A stretch of 64,000 nt of DNA from a bacterium (GTDB taxonomy: Bacteria > Patescibacteriota > Saccharimonadia > Saccharimonadales > SZUA-47). This document shows positions 51,138-59,728 of this stretch, piece after piece. The DNA lies in NCBI GenBank assembly GCA_009923445.1, contig RFTN01000003.1, positions 65,260 through 129,259 on the forward strand, given 5' to 3'. Numbering within the stretch: position 1 is the first letter of the stretch; every line of letters begins with the position of its first letter. The notes under the pieces are model-generated. The model made no database searches, was not told the DNA's origin, and worked only from the letters and a program-made list of their open reading frames with translations. Both the position numbers and the translations under genes were made by a program.

Positions 51138-52034
51138 TTATTGCATAGTGCCTATAACTCTACCTTTTGGGGTTCTATGCACATATCCGGCCCTAACTAA
51201 AAATGGCTCAATACTGTTTTCAATAGTTTCAATAGCTATGCCACTTAAAGATGAAATACTTTTTAGTCCCAGAGCATTACCTTTTGCTTTTACTAATACT
51301 TCCAAATACAATCTATCATAAACGTCTAGTCCTCTATAATCAATTCCCTGACTATTAAAAATTTCATCAATATTTACTTCTTTATCTTTATAGAAAGAAA
51401 TATAATTTTTATACCACTGGAGTCTGGCATTTAAAATTCTTGGTGTTCCCTTGCTTCTTTTTGCTATCTCCAAAAGATCATCTTCAGAAACATTTAGTCC
51501 GAGTTTTGTGGCGTTCAATCCGGCTAGTTTAGCTAGTTCATCACAACTATAAAAGGATAAATGTTCCTTAATAGTAAATCTATCATAAAATGGTTGGCTT
51601 AAACGTCCACCACTAGTAGTAGCACCAACAATAGTAAATACTGGTAAATCTATTGTTTCTGGCTTATCTTCAATTGTAATATTTAATACAAAATCTTCCA
51701 TTACAGGATACAAAAATTCTTCTACAATCTTGGGAAGTCTATGAATCTCATCAATAAACAATACTGATCTTGGCGCAATACCCATTAAATATGGTAAAAT
51801 ATTTTTAATACTACGAATATTTGCGGCGTTTACAACATGAAGGTTTGCATTGAGTTCGTTTGCTATAGCACCCGCTATTGTAGTTTTACCAAGGCCAGGA
51901 GGCCCATCAATTAAAGTATGAGGCATCACGCCAGATGAATTTAAACAACCGTGCGAGACAATCCTCAGACGTTGTACAACTTCAGCTTGACCGATAATAT
52001 CATTAAACGATGCTGGTCTGATAGAGTTTGACAT
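51138..52034 (-). CDS. ruvB: RuvB-like Holliday junction branch-migration ATPase
   Basis: IRPASFNDIIGQ, GPPGLGKTT, VLFIDEIHRL, EEFLYPVMEDF, TIVGATT and FYDRF track E. coli RuvB motif for motif. Confidence 0.85.
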   Translation of the reverse strand: MSNSIRPASFNDIIGQAEVVQRLRIVSHGCLNSSGVMPHTLIDGPPGLGKTTIAGAIANELNANLHVVNAANIRSIKNILPYLMGIAPRSVLFIDEIHRLPKIVEEFLYPVMEDFVLNITIEDKPETIDLPVFTIVGATTSGGRLSQPFYDRFTIKEHLSFYSCDELAKLAGLNATKLGLNVSEDDLLEIAKRSKGTPRILNARLQWYKNYISFYKDKEVNIDEIFNSQGIDYRGLDVYDRLYLEVLVKAKGNALGLKSISSLSGIAIETIENSIEPFLVRAGYVHRTPKGRVIGTMQ

Positions 52035-52036
52035 AA

Positions 52037-52444
52037 TTAGTTCCTCAATGATTCCAATGTTTGTTTAACCAAAATAGTTAGATCATCAACTTGATTTTTT
52101 TCATATGATTTTTTTATAATGTCTGATGCTTCAGATTTAGTAAAACCATAATTTGTTAAAGTGGTAATAGCCTTTGTCAGTAGTTCTTCTGAAATACTTT
52201 TTTGAACTGTATCTGAAACGTCTGTTGTATTAGTTTTAGTTTTTATTTCCGGCTTATGAAATTTTAACTTAAAACCAGCAATTCTTTTAACTTTAAAAAC
52301 GTTTCCACAGTAACATACTGTTTTAAAGTTTTTAGTTGAAGCTTCTTTATAAGATAACCAATGATCTTGACCACATTTTGGACATCTATACTTTAGATGA
52401 ATATCATTATCAATCGGTTTCTGGATTTTGTTTTTTAATATCAT
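52037..52444 (-). CDS. Zn-ribbon protein with RuvA domain-III-like C-terminus
   Basis: N-terminal CPKCG...CYCGNVF ribbon. C-terminal AITTLTNYGFTKSEASDIIKKS...LVKQTLESL aligns by eye with RuvA domain III ALVALGYKPQEASRMVSKI...LIREALRAAL. Confidence 0.5.
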   Translation of the reverse strand: MILKNKIQKPIDNDIHLKYRCPKCGQDHWLSYKEASTKNFKTVCYCGNVFKVKRIAGFKLKFHKPEIKTKTNTTDVSDTVQKSISEELLTKAITTLTNYGFTKSEASDIIKKSYEKNQVDDLTILVKQTLESLRN

Positions 52445-52838
52445 TTTCTTTTACCCAAAAAATAAAGTCATTTGTTTTTTCATCAAATGCCGTTTCCAAC
52501 AATCCGTCATTAACTAATTTATTTAGTATATTACTTATCATTCTACTATTAAAAGCTTCTAGTATTTTGGTAAGTATTTTATCATTAATGTAATGCTCTA
52601 GAAGTTTAGTACGCCTATTAACTTTTGTTTTGATAAAGTTTTTGACTATGATCTCGCACTCATTAAAAGTTAACGTATTATCCATTTCTGTTTTTTCCGG
52701 CCCTGTTAAAGATAACATACTAGTAAAAGAATCTGGAGAACTTTGGTTCATTTCTCCAAAAAACTTAAAGACTAGTTTTCTTGCATGATCTATAAATTCT
52801 CGTAAATCTTTTATAAGATACCATTCACTATTTTTCAT
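52410..52838 (-). CDS. hypothetical protein
   Basis: 142 aa ORF; no motif recognised. Confidence 0.45.
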   Translation of the reverse strand: MKNSEWYLIKDLREFIDHARKLVFKFFGEMNQSSPDSFTSMLSLTGPEKTEMDNTLTFNECEIIVKNFIKTKVNRRTKLLEHYINDKILTKILEAFNSRMISNILNKLVNDGLLETAFDEKTNDFIFWVKENDIKKQNPETD

Positions 52839-52847
52839 AACTTATTC

Positions 52848-53255
52848 CTAATTAAGAATATCAAACATATTCTTATAATAGTGTGGCTGTTTTAAAAAGT
52901 GAACAGCATTAGATTTCAGATGATTCAAATACATACCATCAATAGGATCATGTATAAAATATTTTTTCTTCCATACTTTAACATTATCATAGTTATTCCC
53001 CAAATACTGGAAGGAATTACCCTTACCAGCATTGGAGAAGTAACTATTCACAGGAAATGACTTATTCGGAAAACCGCCAATATACCATACGTTTGGAGAA
53101 GTTTCAACTATATTATTCAAAGCGTCATATAACATTTTACCCCAAGCGTCCCAAGCTGTTGGATCGAACTTAAAATAGTGTTTATACTTTTTCTCTAAAT
53201 CATCCTGACTATCGTCATAATCATAATCATCTCCATAATCATAATCTTCGTGCAT
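52848..53255 (-). CDS. hypothetical protein with Asp/Tyr-rich N-terminus
   Basis: 135 aa; MHEDYDYGDDYDYDDSQDD leader. Confidence 0.45.
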   Translation of the reverse strand: MHEDYDYGDDYDYDDSQDDLEKKYKHYFKFDPTAWDAWGKMLYDALNNIVETSPNVWYIGGFPNKSFPVNSYFSNAGKGNSFQYLGNNYDNVKVWKKKYFIHDPIDGMYLNHLKSNAVHFLKQPHYYKNMFDILN

Positions 53256-53260
53256 AGAAT

Positions 53261-53473
53261 TTACCTATAAAATCTATTTTGAGGAACTCCATTACGAGGA
53301 ACTACCCAGCTAGGCTTAACAGGAAACTCATTGATTTTTTTTAGAAACTTCTTCTTGTGTTGCATAACAATGCTGGGCTTAAAATAAGTTCCGTCATCAT
53401 TTCTACCAGCATCCATATCACAAAAACAGCAAGTAAATTGCTTGATAGCATAAATTAGTACTGATTCTGCCAA
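53261..53473 (-). CDS. hypothetical protein
   Basis: 70 aa ORF overlapping the rIIB stop by 19 nt. Confidence 0.4.
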   Translation of the reverse strand: MAESVLIYAIKQFTCCFCDMDAGRNDDGTYFKPSIVMQHKKKFLKKINEFPVKPSWVVPRNGVPQNRFYR

Positions 53474-54324
53474 TCATCCTCATCATCTTCATCTTCATCG
53501 ATATCTTCTTCGTCATCTTCATACTCTTCTGAGTCATTCCATGCCCAGCTATATTCATGATCATAATCATCCTCGTCCTCGTAGTCATCAAAATTTGATG
53601 AATAAAGAGGCTTGAGTAGTTCGCCCTGATATTCTCCAACTACTTCATATCGGCAAGTACGAAGCTTCTCATAATTACAATCACTAGGAACGCTAACCAC
53701 ATCCTTGGGATTAATCTTAACGATAACAATCTTATCACCATTCTCAAGACTTCCGTAACCAGCAACATAATTCAATGCACCAGCATGAAGTCCATCAGAA
53801 CAGCCTCTAGCACGATTATCATCAACCTTTGCTCGTTGCATAGTAACAACTTGACCAACACTATTATCAAATACTCCACGATACTTATCCTTATAATCAC
53901 TACGAACAGCCTTATAAGCTAGAAAGTGACCGTCCTCAGTAATTGGCAGATGTTCATGCTCAAGGAAATCATAAAGCTCCTTTTGACTCTGCATACTAGG
54001 ATTTTCCATAAGATTATTCAGAAAATTAACAAGAGGTTGAAATGGCAGTCCCTTGCTCATAAACTCTAGAATTCTCTTACTAATACTACCATGAACAGGT
54101 TCTCCCTCATAAGTAACCTGACCATTCTTAATCTCCACAAGACCATCGCTAAAAGACGCAACAGCCTTTTCAACATCCACAATCTCTACCAATTCTTCCT
54201 CTGTTGCTGTAGGAAGAACATCCAGAATCATCTTATAGTTAATATGATCTGGCAAAACCTGATAACTCTGATTATTAAGAACCAGCGTCAAATTACCATC
54301 CACAAACATAAACGGAACGCTCAT
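53455..54324 (-). CDS. rIIB: rIIB-like protein with polyacidic C-terminal extension
   Basis: FLNNLMENPS, ITEDGHFLAYKAVRSDY, CSDGLHAG and KLRTCRYEVV parallel T4 rIIB FLENLLENPS, ITEDGYFYAWKVVRSNY, CSRGLHVC and KMRTCQYEVV. TAGGAG ribosome-binding site. Confidence 0.85.
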   Translation of the reverse strand: MSVPFMFVDGNLTLVLNNQSYQVLPDHINYKMILDVLPTATEEELVEIVDVEKAVASFSDGLVEIKNGQVTYEGEPVHGSISKRILEFMSKGLPFQPLVNFLNNLMENPSMQSQKELYDFLEHEHLPITEDGHFLAYKAVRSDYKDKYRGVFDNSVGQVVTMQRAKVDDNRARGCSDGLHAGALNYVAGYGSLENGDKIVIVKINPKDVVSVPSDCNYEKLRTCRYEVVGEYQGELLKPLYSSNFDDYEDEDDYDHEYSWAWNDSEEYEDDEEDIDEDEDDEDDWQNQY

Positions 54325-54370
54325 AATCCAACTCCTAAGAAATTAAAGTTTCGATACCTGTGATACTACT

Positions 54371-54398
54371 ATTTTACACTAATCGTCAAACTTGTCAA
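54371..54398 (-). promoter_or_regulatory. sigma70-like promoter TTGACA-16-TAAAAT
   Basis: Minus strand cccTTGACAagtttgacgattagtgTAAAAT between the rIIA stop and the rIIB start. Confidence 0.55.
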
Positions 54399-54419
54399 GG
54401 GGTCTTGAGAAATTCCAGA

Positions 54420-57107
54420 CTACTTGATAAGACTACTCAACTGAATTTTAAATAGGTCAATATTTTCCTGACTCATTTGAGTTATCCAGTTTTTACTATT
54501 ATTATAGTAAGAACGAGTATCATCAAGTTGACTAATAGGATTCTTCTTACCAAGATCAGATATATCGCCACTCACTTGATGGATTCCCATAATAAACTTA
54601 ATCATAGGATTCTGATCAATAAGCCTTTTAAGGCTATCTCTAATATCCTTGATGGTCCATGTTTTTAGTTTATTGTTAGAATCTCCACGAATGATCTTCA
54701 AACAATCCACACCCTTATCAGCATTAGCCCCAACATACAAACAATTGGTTATCAAGTTTGCTAAAGTATTGTATGCAATGTTAGCAGAACGAATATCCTT
54801 TGGTTCAACAGAATCCATGCCCATACCCTTCATAATATTTGAAATATGAGCAAAGTAATCAGATTGATTAAATCTTTCAATTCTAAATGTTGAATCATGA
54901 ACAGTCTTAGCAAAGAATTCCGTAATCATACTCTTATTCAAGATATCTACCATGTCTTGATTTTTGATAAATTTTACATAATCCAATCCAAAGATATTTA
55001 GAATATGGAACAAAAACTGTTTTTCCGTTGAACCATAATTATTATACCTATAAGAACCAGACTGTTCTTCCTGACTATGATAAAAGTCTTTCTTGCACGA
55101 CTCTACAAGACCATTAAAAGATTCCAACTTAGTAAAATGCTTGGAGGCTACAACCTTTAGTTGACGTTTAAAAAAGGTATTGAAGCTAACAAGATTGTAT
55201 CCTTCATTCTTCAGTTTCTTAACAAAAGCATTTTTGATCGCATAGATTTTATTATCTCCAGCCAAATCTTTTACAATACTATTTAGTCCAGCATCAGTAA
55301 AGATGCGAGAAATATTTTGGATTTCTGGACAATCACTATCCGCTTCTGTTTTATAACGAAGCATAGGAACATAAATAATTTCATCCTGTTCCAGAAAATC
55401 TTCCAACTCATCTTCTGTAAGCATCTTAAGATATGTAGCATCATTGTATGGATTAGTAATACTCTTACTATCCTTATCATGTCCATAGATAAAGAATACA
55501 TCTTGATCGCTGACACTACCCTTACTGTTTTTAACACTAGTTTTACGAGGGCCAGTATGCTGAGTCAAATGTTTGTAGTCTGAAACCCTGAGAATATTTT
55601 CAGATCCAACATCTTCTATCAACTTATCAAAACCTTCGATACTTTTAGTATGATCCTTGGTATCAAGCATCATATAAGCAAAACAGTCATTTTGATTGCA
55701 ATACTTGGTCAGAATCTTCTTTGCTGTTTCTTCACCCTTAACATCACAAACAAAGAAAGCCATTTTACCAGACTTCTTAACATTATTCCAGTAACTATAG
55801 CCCTTACCTGTCAATGTCTCATGGTGAATCTTATCTGTAAGAGCCACCATTCGTCGTGACCTAAAACCAGCAGTCTTATAATTAAAAACGTAAAGACTCT
55901 TACCAGCAGGAATTTTATATTCCAAGTCATTTCCAGAATTAATAGAATGATCCTTACCCTTAGAGTCAGTCCATGATGCACCAACTCCCCAACCACCAGC
56001 AAGTTCATTCATAGTATAATAAAGAGTGATAGCTTCTACTTTTGTCTTTGCCTCTTGAATCTTCTTAGAAAACTCCTGTTTCATTTCCATGTAGATTTCT
56101 TGAGTCTTTTTACGCAAAGACTTAATGACATCCTTAGTATATTGCAAACCTTCTCTGGAAACATCCATTTCCAGTTCACCAATACCAAAGTCCAGTTCAA
56201 GATAAAGACCGGAGTTAATAATCTCACTAACAAAACTCTTCCAGCTATCAATATCTGCTTTTTGGAAAGCCCTATTCCACTTCTGAATATGGTCTGGCAT
56301 TTCCTCTTTTTCTTGACCGATAATCTGTGCTGTTTGCACAGGGTATGCAATATTGCCCATGATAGCGATCACACCACTATCAATACGGTGATAACTATTC
56401 GGATAGTATTGAGTATCATTATTCAATCGGCAAACCCTCCACCCATCACCACTAATAACAATATTGGTATTGCTATACTTGTGATCTTGAAGATTTTTAT
56501 GAAGACCACCCTCAATAATAGGCTTCATTCTAAAGTAATGGAAAATCCTCTTAGCCTTATCACTAAACTCTTGGAAATCATGTTGCTTTACAGCAAAGCT
56601 AATTTCCAGACCATTAGGCTCAGATGTGTTTGATGTATTAAAGAGATTAAGAGTAGGCACACCATTTTCATCAATAGCAGCAACATAAGTATACTTCTTA
56701 CCATTAAAATAAGAAGCTGTTGTGAAACTCTTTGTATAGGCAAATGGACTCTTGGAACCTAGACCAAGGCAACCAACAAAATCATTACTATCATTCTTAT
56801 TTGAAGCACCGTATGTGGTATACAGGTTCTCCATATCTTCTTGACTAAGCCCAGTACCATAATCCCTCACCATAAAAGTTGGGTTAGCAGCAGTCGGCAA
56901 AGTTACCTTAAAAGGATTCTTATTGCCAGCAGAAATATGACTATCATAAGCATTAGTTGACAACTCACGAATAGCCGCCATTACCTTATCAGAATAAAGA
57001 GAATCTGAAAGGATTTTAAACATTTTGCTGGTTTGAGCAATATTAAACTGATTCCTGCTTGCAACCCCGGCACTATGAGTATCAATCGTCTTATCTGCCA
57101 ACTTCAT
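54420..57107 (-). CDS. rIIA: rIIA-like protein (N-terminal GHKL/HATPase domain)
   Basis: FKILSDSLYSDKVMAAIRELSTNAYDSH, VRDYGTGLS and GCLGLGSKSPF parallel T4 rIIA [37 protein letters not shown] and GGFGLGSKSPF. Confidence 0.9.
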   Translation of the reverse strand: MKLADKTIDTHSAGVASRNQFNIAQTSKMFKILSDSLYSDKVMAAIRELSTNAYDSHISAGNKNPFKVTLPTAANPTFMVRDYGTGLSQEDMENLYTTYGASNKNDSNDFVGCLGLGSKSPFAYTKSFTTASYFNGKKYTYVAAIDENGVPTLNLFNTSNTSEPNGLEISFAVKQHDFQEFSDKAKRIFHYFRMKPIIEGGLHKNLQDHKYSNTNIVISGDGWRVCRLNNDTQYYPNSYHRIDSGVIAIMGNIAYPVQTAQIIGQEKEEMPDHIQKWNRAFQKADIDSWKSFVSEIINSGLYLELDFGIGELEMDVSREGLQYTKDVIKSLRKKTQEIYMEMKQEFSKKIQEAKTKVEAITLYYTMNELAGGWGVGASWTDSKGKDHSINSGNDLEYKIPAGKSLYVFNYKTAGFRSRRMVALTDKIHHETLTGKGYSYWNNVKKSGKMAFFVCDVKGEETAKKILTKYCNQNDCFAYMMLDTKDHTKSIEGFDKLIEDVGSENILRVSDYKHLTQHTGPRKTSVKNSKGSVSDQDVFFIYGHDKDSKSITNPYNDATYLKMLTEDELEDFLEQDEIIYVPMLRYKTEADSDCPEIQNISRIFTDAGLNSIVKDLAGDNKIYAIKNAFVKKLKNEGYNLVSFNTFFKRQLKVVASKHFTKLESFNGLVESCKKDFYHSQEEQSGSYRYNNYGSTEKQFLFHILNIFGLDYVKFIKNQDMVDILNKSMITEFFAKTVHDSTFRIERFNQSDYFAHISNIMKGMGMDSVEPKDIRSANIAYNTLANLITNCLYVGANADKGVDCLKIIRGDSNNKLKTWTIKDIRDSLKRLIDQNPMIKFIMGIHQVSGDISDLGKKNPISQLDDTRSYYNNSKNWITQMSQENIDLFKIQLSSLIK

Positions 57108-57147
57108 CTTGTTTCTCCAAAAGTGTTATCGTTCCAGTGATGGTCTA

Positions 57148-57176
57148 AGTATACCATCGGCAATAGGTCTTGTCAA
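57148..57176 (-). promoter_or_regulatory. sigma70-like promoter TTGACA-17-TATACT
   Basis: Minus strand aggTTGACAagacctattgccgatggTATACT, then TTGGAGAA and ATG 57107; the -35 element overlaps the upstream stop codon. Confidence 0.65.
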
Positions 57177-57418
57177 CCTTCACTTTGTTTTTTGCTTGCT
57201 CTCACAATACTAATGTATCCAAAATAAATCGGAATCAAACCTAAATACCAGAGAGGAGCAACCGTACAACAAAAATTAATTCCTATTAATATACATACTA
57301 TTCCCAATAAATGAATTAAAAAAGATGGAAATCCAATCCTAACTAAACAGTATGTTATTGGTCCGATTAGAATAGTAAATAATAAAATTATAGATACTAA
57401 TAAAGCTAGACTAGCCAT
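57173..57418 (-). CDS. small multi-pass membrane protein
   Basis: 81 aa, three hydrophobic segments. Confidence 0.5.
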   Translation of the reverse strand: MASLALLVSIILLFTILIGPITYCLVRIGFPSFLIHLLGIVCILIGINFCCTVAPLWYLGLIPIYFGYISIVRASKKQSEG

Positions 57419-57726
57419 TATAAATTTTCTTCATCCTCATCTTCATTTTCTGGCTCATAAGAAACATCATCATAAGGCGTCCATTCGCTATTTTCTTCTC
57501 CCTCATAATCTTCAGAATTTTCTTCTTCCTCCAGCATAATTGTAAAAGTATTCATAATTTCTAAAATTTGTTCAATTTTATCATTAATACTTTGAATTTG
57601 AGTATTAATATGCTTGATGCTTCTTTTTAAGTCATTCATGTCTCTAGATATATGATTCTCCATGTTATGGATTTCTTTATTATTAGCTAAAACATTTTTA
57701 ATAATATTATCAATATCTTTAGACAT
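57418..57726 (-). CDS. coiled-coil protein with acidic C-terminal tail
   Basis: 102 aa; C-terminus EEEENSEDYEGEENSEWTPYDDVSYEPENEDEDEENL. Confidence 0.45.
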   Translation of the reverse strand: MSKDIDNIIKNVLANNKEIHNMENHISRDMNDLKRSIKHINTQIQSINDKIEQILEIMNTFTIMLEEEENSEDYEGEENSEWTPYDDVSYEPENEDEDEENL

Positions 57727-57736
57727 TTCAGCCTCT

Positions 57737-58042
57737 TTATTTTAGGCGCTTATATTCTTTAATATCACCATTCTCAATTATTTTTTTATCTTCATATGAT
57801 TCGGCCACACGACGATAAAACTCTTGCTTAATATTTTCTAATACACCAGTAACCATAGCAATTTTAGGATATGAAACCTCTCCTATTAAATCTCCTAAAA
57901 TCCTAGAAAAAGAATAGTTTATATCTCCAAGAATACTGGCAAATTCAGTATTATTCATATTTTCTCTAAGTTTTAAGCATTTGGTCATTTGCTCAATACA
58001 ATCATTCAAGTGTTCACGATGATCTTCTTTGATATAGGGCAT
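57737..58042 (-). CDS. hypothetical protein
   Basis: 101 aa ORF. Confidence 0.45.
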   Translation of the reverse strand: MPYIKEDHREHLNDCIEQMTKCLKLRENMNNTEFASILGDINYSFSRILGDLIGEVSYPKIAMVTGVLENIKQEFYRRVAESYEDKKIIENGDIKEYKRLK

Positions 58043-58054
58043 ATTTAGTCCTTT

Positions 58055-58573
58055 TTAATAATCTGTGCAATTACACTCATATTTTAAACAATAACAACAT
58101 TTAGGCCCAGGGTCAGGATTAGACCAAGCATTAGCATATCCATCAAAACTTTCCTTACCAGTATCAATACAAACAACTTTGGGTTTTCCTTTTCTTTTAA
58201 TATAGCCAATATTTGAATAGTGGCAATCCCAAAATTTTAATGCCGCCTTGCTCCAAATTTTGTCAACCAGATTTTGTATTTGTCTATAAGATACTGTACC
58301 ATGTTGGGCTAATTCAGTAACAAAACCCCATCCACTAATCTCAGGATTCCATCCTTCGACAGACTGAGCGTATTTAAGCTTGATGGTTTTGCTAAGTACT
58401 TTAGGGGCTAGATCAAATTTAGATAATTTAAGCTGAACTTTTCTAGCATATTCAGCTTTTTTCTTTGATGAAAATTCCTTAAAGCCTATAGAGTCATAAT
58501 TTAAAATAGGATACAATTGAGCAGAACCGCCCTCATGGAACCAATCATCATTATTAATTAAATAATCATTCAT
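58055..58573 (-). CDS. possible minimal protein-kinase-like fold protein
   Basis: HEGGSAQLY (Gly-loop-like), GFKEF (Lys), WDCHYSNIGY (D.H..N catalytic-loop-like), VVCIDTG (DFG-like); C-terminal CCYC..C.C cluster. Motif-level only. Confidence 0.35.
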   Translation of the reverse strand: MNDYLINNDDWFHEGGSAQLYPILNYDSIGFKEFSSKKKAEYARKVQLKLSKFDLAPKVLSKTIKLKYAQSVEGWNPEISGWGFVTELAQHGTVSYRQIQNLVDKIWSKAALKFWDCHYSNIGYIKRKGKPKVVCIDTGKESFDGYANAWSNPDPGPKCCYCLKYECNCTDY

Positions 58574-58886
58574 GATAATAATATTCCTGCGCTTTATTTC
58601 CGGTTAGATGTTCTACTATAGAAATAGCTTCTTCTAAATTATCAGTAACTAATATTTTAGATGATGATTGAACGAAGCCTATTTTAAAACTTCCATAAAC
58701 AGCATAAAATGGTTCCCCTATCATTTCTTCATCATCATAATATTCTTCAGCACTTTTAATGCTTTCAACAATTACTCCACCTTCATAGTCAGTAATTTCT
58801 CTTTCTGTGATTATCTCAAAGCTTCTAAAGTGAGAAGCGTTGTTACCAGTATTGAGACAAAAACCCTGGTAGAATCTATTGTTCAT
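58566..58886 (-). CDS. hypothetical protein
   Basis: 106 aa ORF overlapping neighbours. Confidence 0.45.
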   Translation of the reverse strand: MNNRFYQGFCLNTGNNASHFRSFEIITEREITDYEGGVIVESIKSAEEYYDDEEMIGEPFYAVYGSFKIGFVQSSSKILVTDNLEEAISIVEHLTGNKAQEYYYHE

Positions 58887-59142
58887 TGTTGATTTGCTTG
58901 TAGAGAGGAACTACTTTAGTCTGATCTACATAAGGATTATTTTGAAGCCTTAAATCAAAAAGATCATTACGATCATTGGTTTTAGCCCATGCCGCCGGTT
59001 GTTCAAAAGATTGTTTATAAAATTCTATTTCTTTTCTTAGTCTTTTCAATTCATCTTTTGCATTATTAATCCAAAAACGATCAGCACCACTAGCCCAAGC
59101 AAAATCTATAATAGCATCTAACGGATGTGCGTTTTTATCCAT
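58876..59142 (-). CDS. hypothetical protein
   Basis: Start moved to ATG 59142 (MDKNAHPL...). The ORF-track N-terminal 17 codons translate the tRNA gene and its flank. Confidence 0.45.
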   Translation of the reverse strand: MDKNAHPLDAIIDFAWASGADRFWINNAKDELKRLRKEIEFYKQSFEQPAAWAKTNDRNDLFDLRLQNNPYVDQTKVVPLYKQINNEQ

Positions 59143-59168
59143 ATAATAATCCTTTTTTATTTTTTCAG

Positions 59169-59241
59169 TAGGAGCGGTGGGATTCGAACCCACACTTGAA
59201 GGATTTTAAGTCCTTTGACTCTGCCGTTGGTCTACGCTCCC
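59169..59241 (-). tRNA. tRNA, anticodon UAA (reads UUA/UUG, nominally Leu), class I (short variable arm)
   Basis: Hand-folded 73-nt cloverleaf GGGAGCG-TA-GACC..AGTC-A-AAGGA-CTTAAAA-TCCTT-CAAGT-GTGGG-TTCGAAT-CCCAC-CGCTCCT-A. It has U8, A14, GG in the D loop, TTCGAAT T-loop and A73; no encoded CCA. Confidence 0.85.
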
Positions 59242-59331
59242 ATATTATTCTTGACTACATAAATTGGAGGTTAAGTATATTTATAAATCTGTATCCCCTA
59301 ATAAGATGTAGCCAAGAATATATGATTGAAA

Positions 59332-59613
59332 TCAACCCCCAGCATGAGCCTTGAGGCGACGAACCACTTCTGCCATAGCTTCAACATTATCAACAGTCTT
59401 AACTGGCTTGGCACGTTCCATCGTAGGAAGTTCCTCGCCCTTCTTAGCAAGAGCAGCCTTTGTACGAGCATAACGAGCCATAGTACTTGCAATCTTCTGT
59501 CCCGTCTTAGCTGCGATCTCAGCATAAGTCTTGCTAGAAAAAACTGCCTCCAGAAACTTCTCATCAGAGCAACGAATACGCTTCTGCTTTTCAACCGTAT
59601 TTACATCAGACAT
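59332..59613 (-). CDS. small basic Ala/Lys-rich protein, possible HTH DNA binder
   Basis: Start at ATG 59613 with GGAGGT 6 nt upstream; MSDVNTVEKQKRIRCSDEKFLEAVFSSKTYAEIAAKTGQKIASTMARYAR... Locally GC-richer, so several frames are open. Confidence 0.6.
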   Translation of the reverse strand: MSDVNTVEKQKRIRCSDEKFLEAVFSSKTYAEIAAKTGQKIASTMARYARTKAALAKKGEELPTMERAKPVKTVDNVEAMAEVVRRLKAHAGG

Positions 59614-59688
59614 AATAACCTCCAAATACTTTCCAATGTTTGTCTTAGCAAGTCGGTCACGCGACCAACACTTTGCTACGACTTCTGT

Positions 59689-59717
59689 ATTCTACTATGC
59701 TGTATCGGCGTTGTCAA
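59689..59717 (-). promoter_or_regulatory. sigma70-like promoter TTGACA-17-TAGAAT
   Basis: Minus strand ctaTTGACAacgccgatacagcatagTAGAAT, followed by a roughly 75-nt leader before GGAGG-ATG 59613. Confidence 0.65.
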
Positions 59718-59728
59718 TAGTCGATCTT

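Noticed and set aside
53418-53639. Met-rich 73-aa ORF overlapping the rIIB 3' end
   Set aside because: It is an alternative-frame reading of the GAT/GAA-rich acidic-tail codons of rIIB and has no independent signals.
59143-59193. N-terminal extension MGSNPTAPTEKIKKDYY of ORF 58876..59193
   Set aside because: These codons are the translation of the tRNA gene (59169..59241) and its flank. The internal ATG at 59142 is the credible start.
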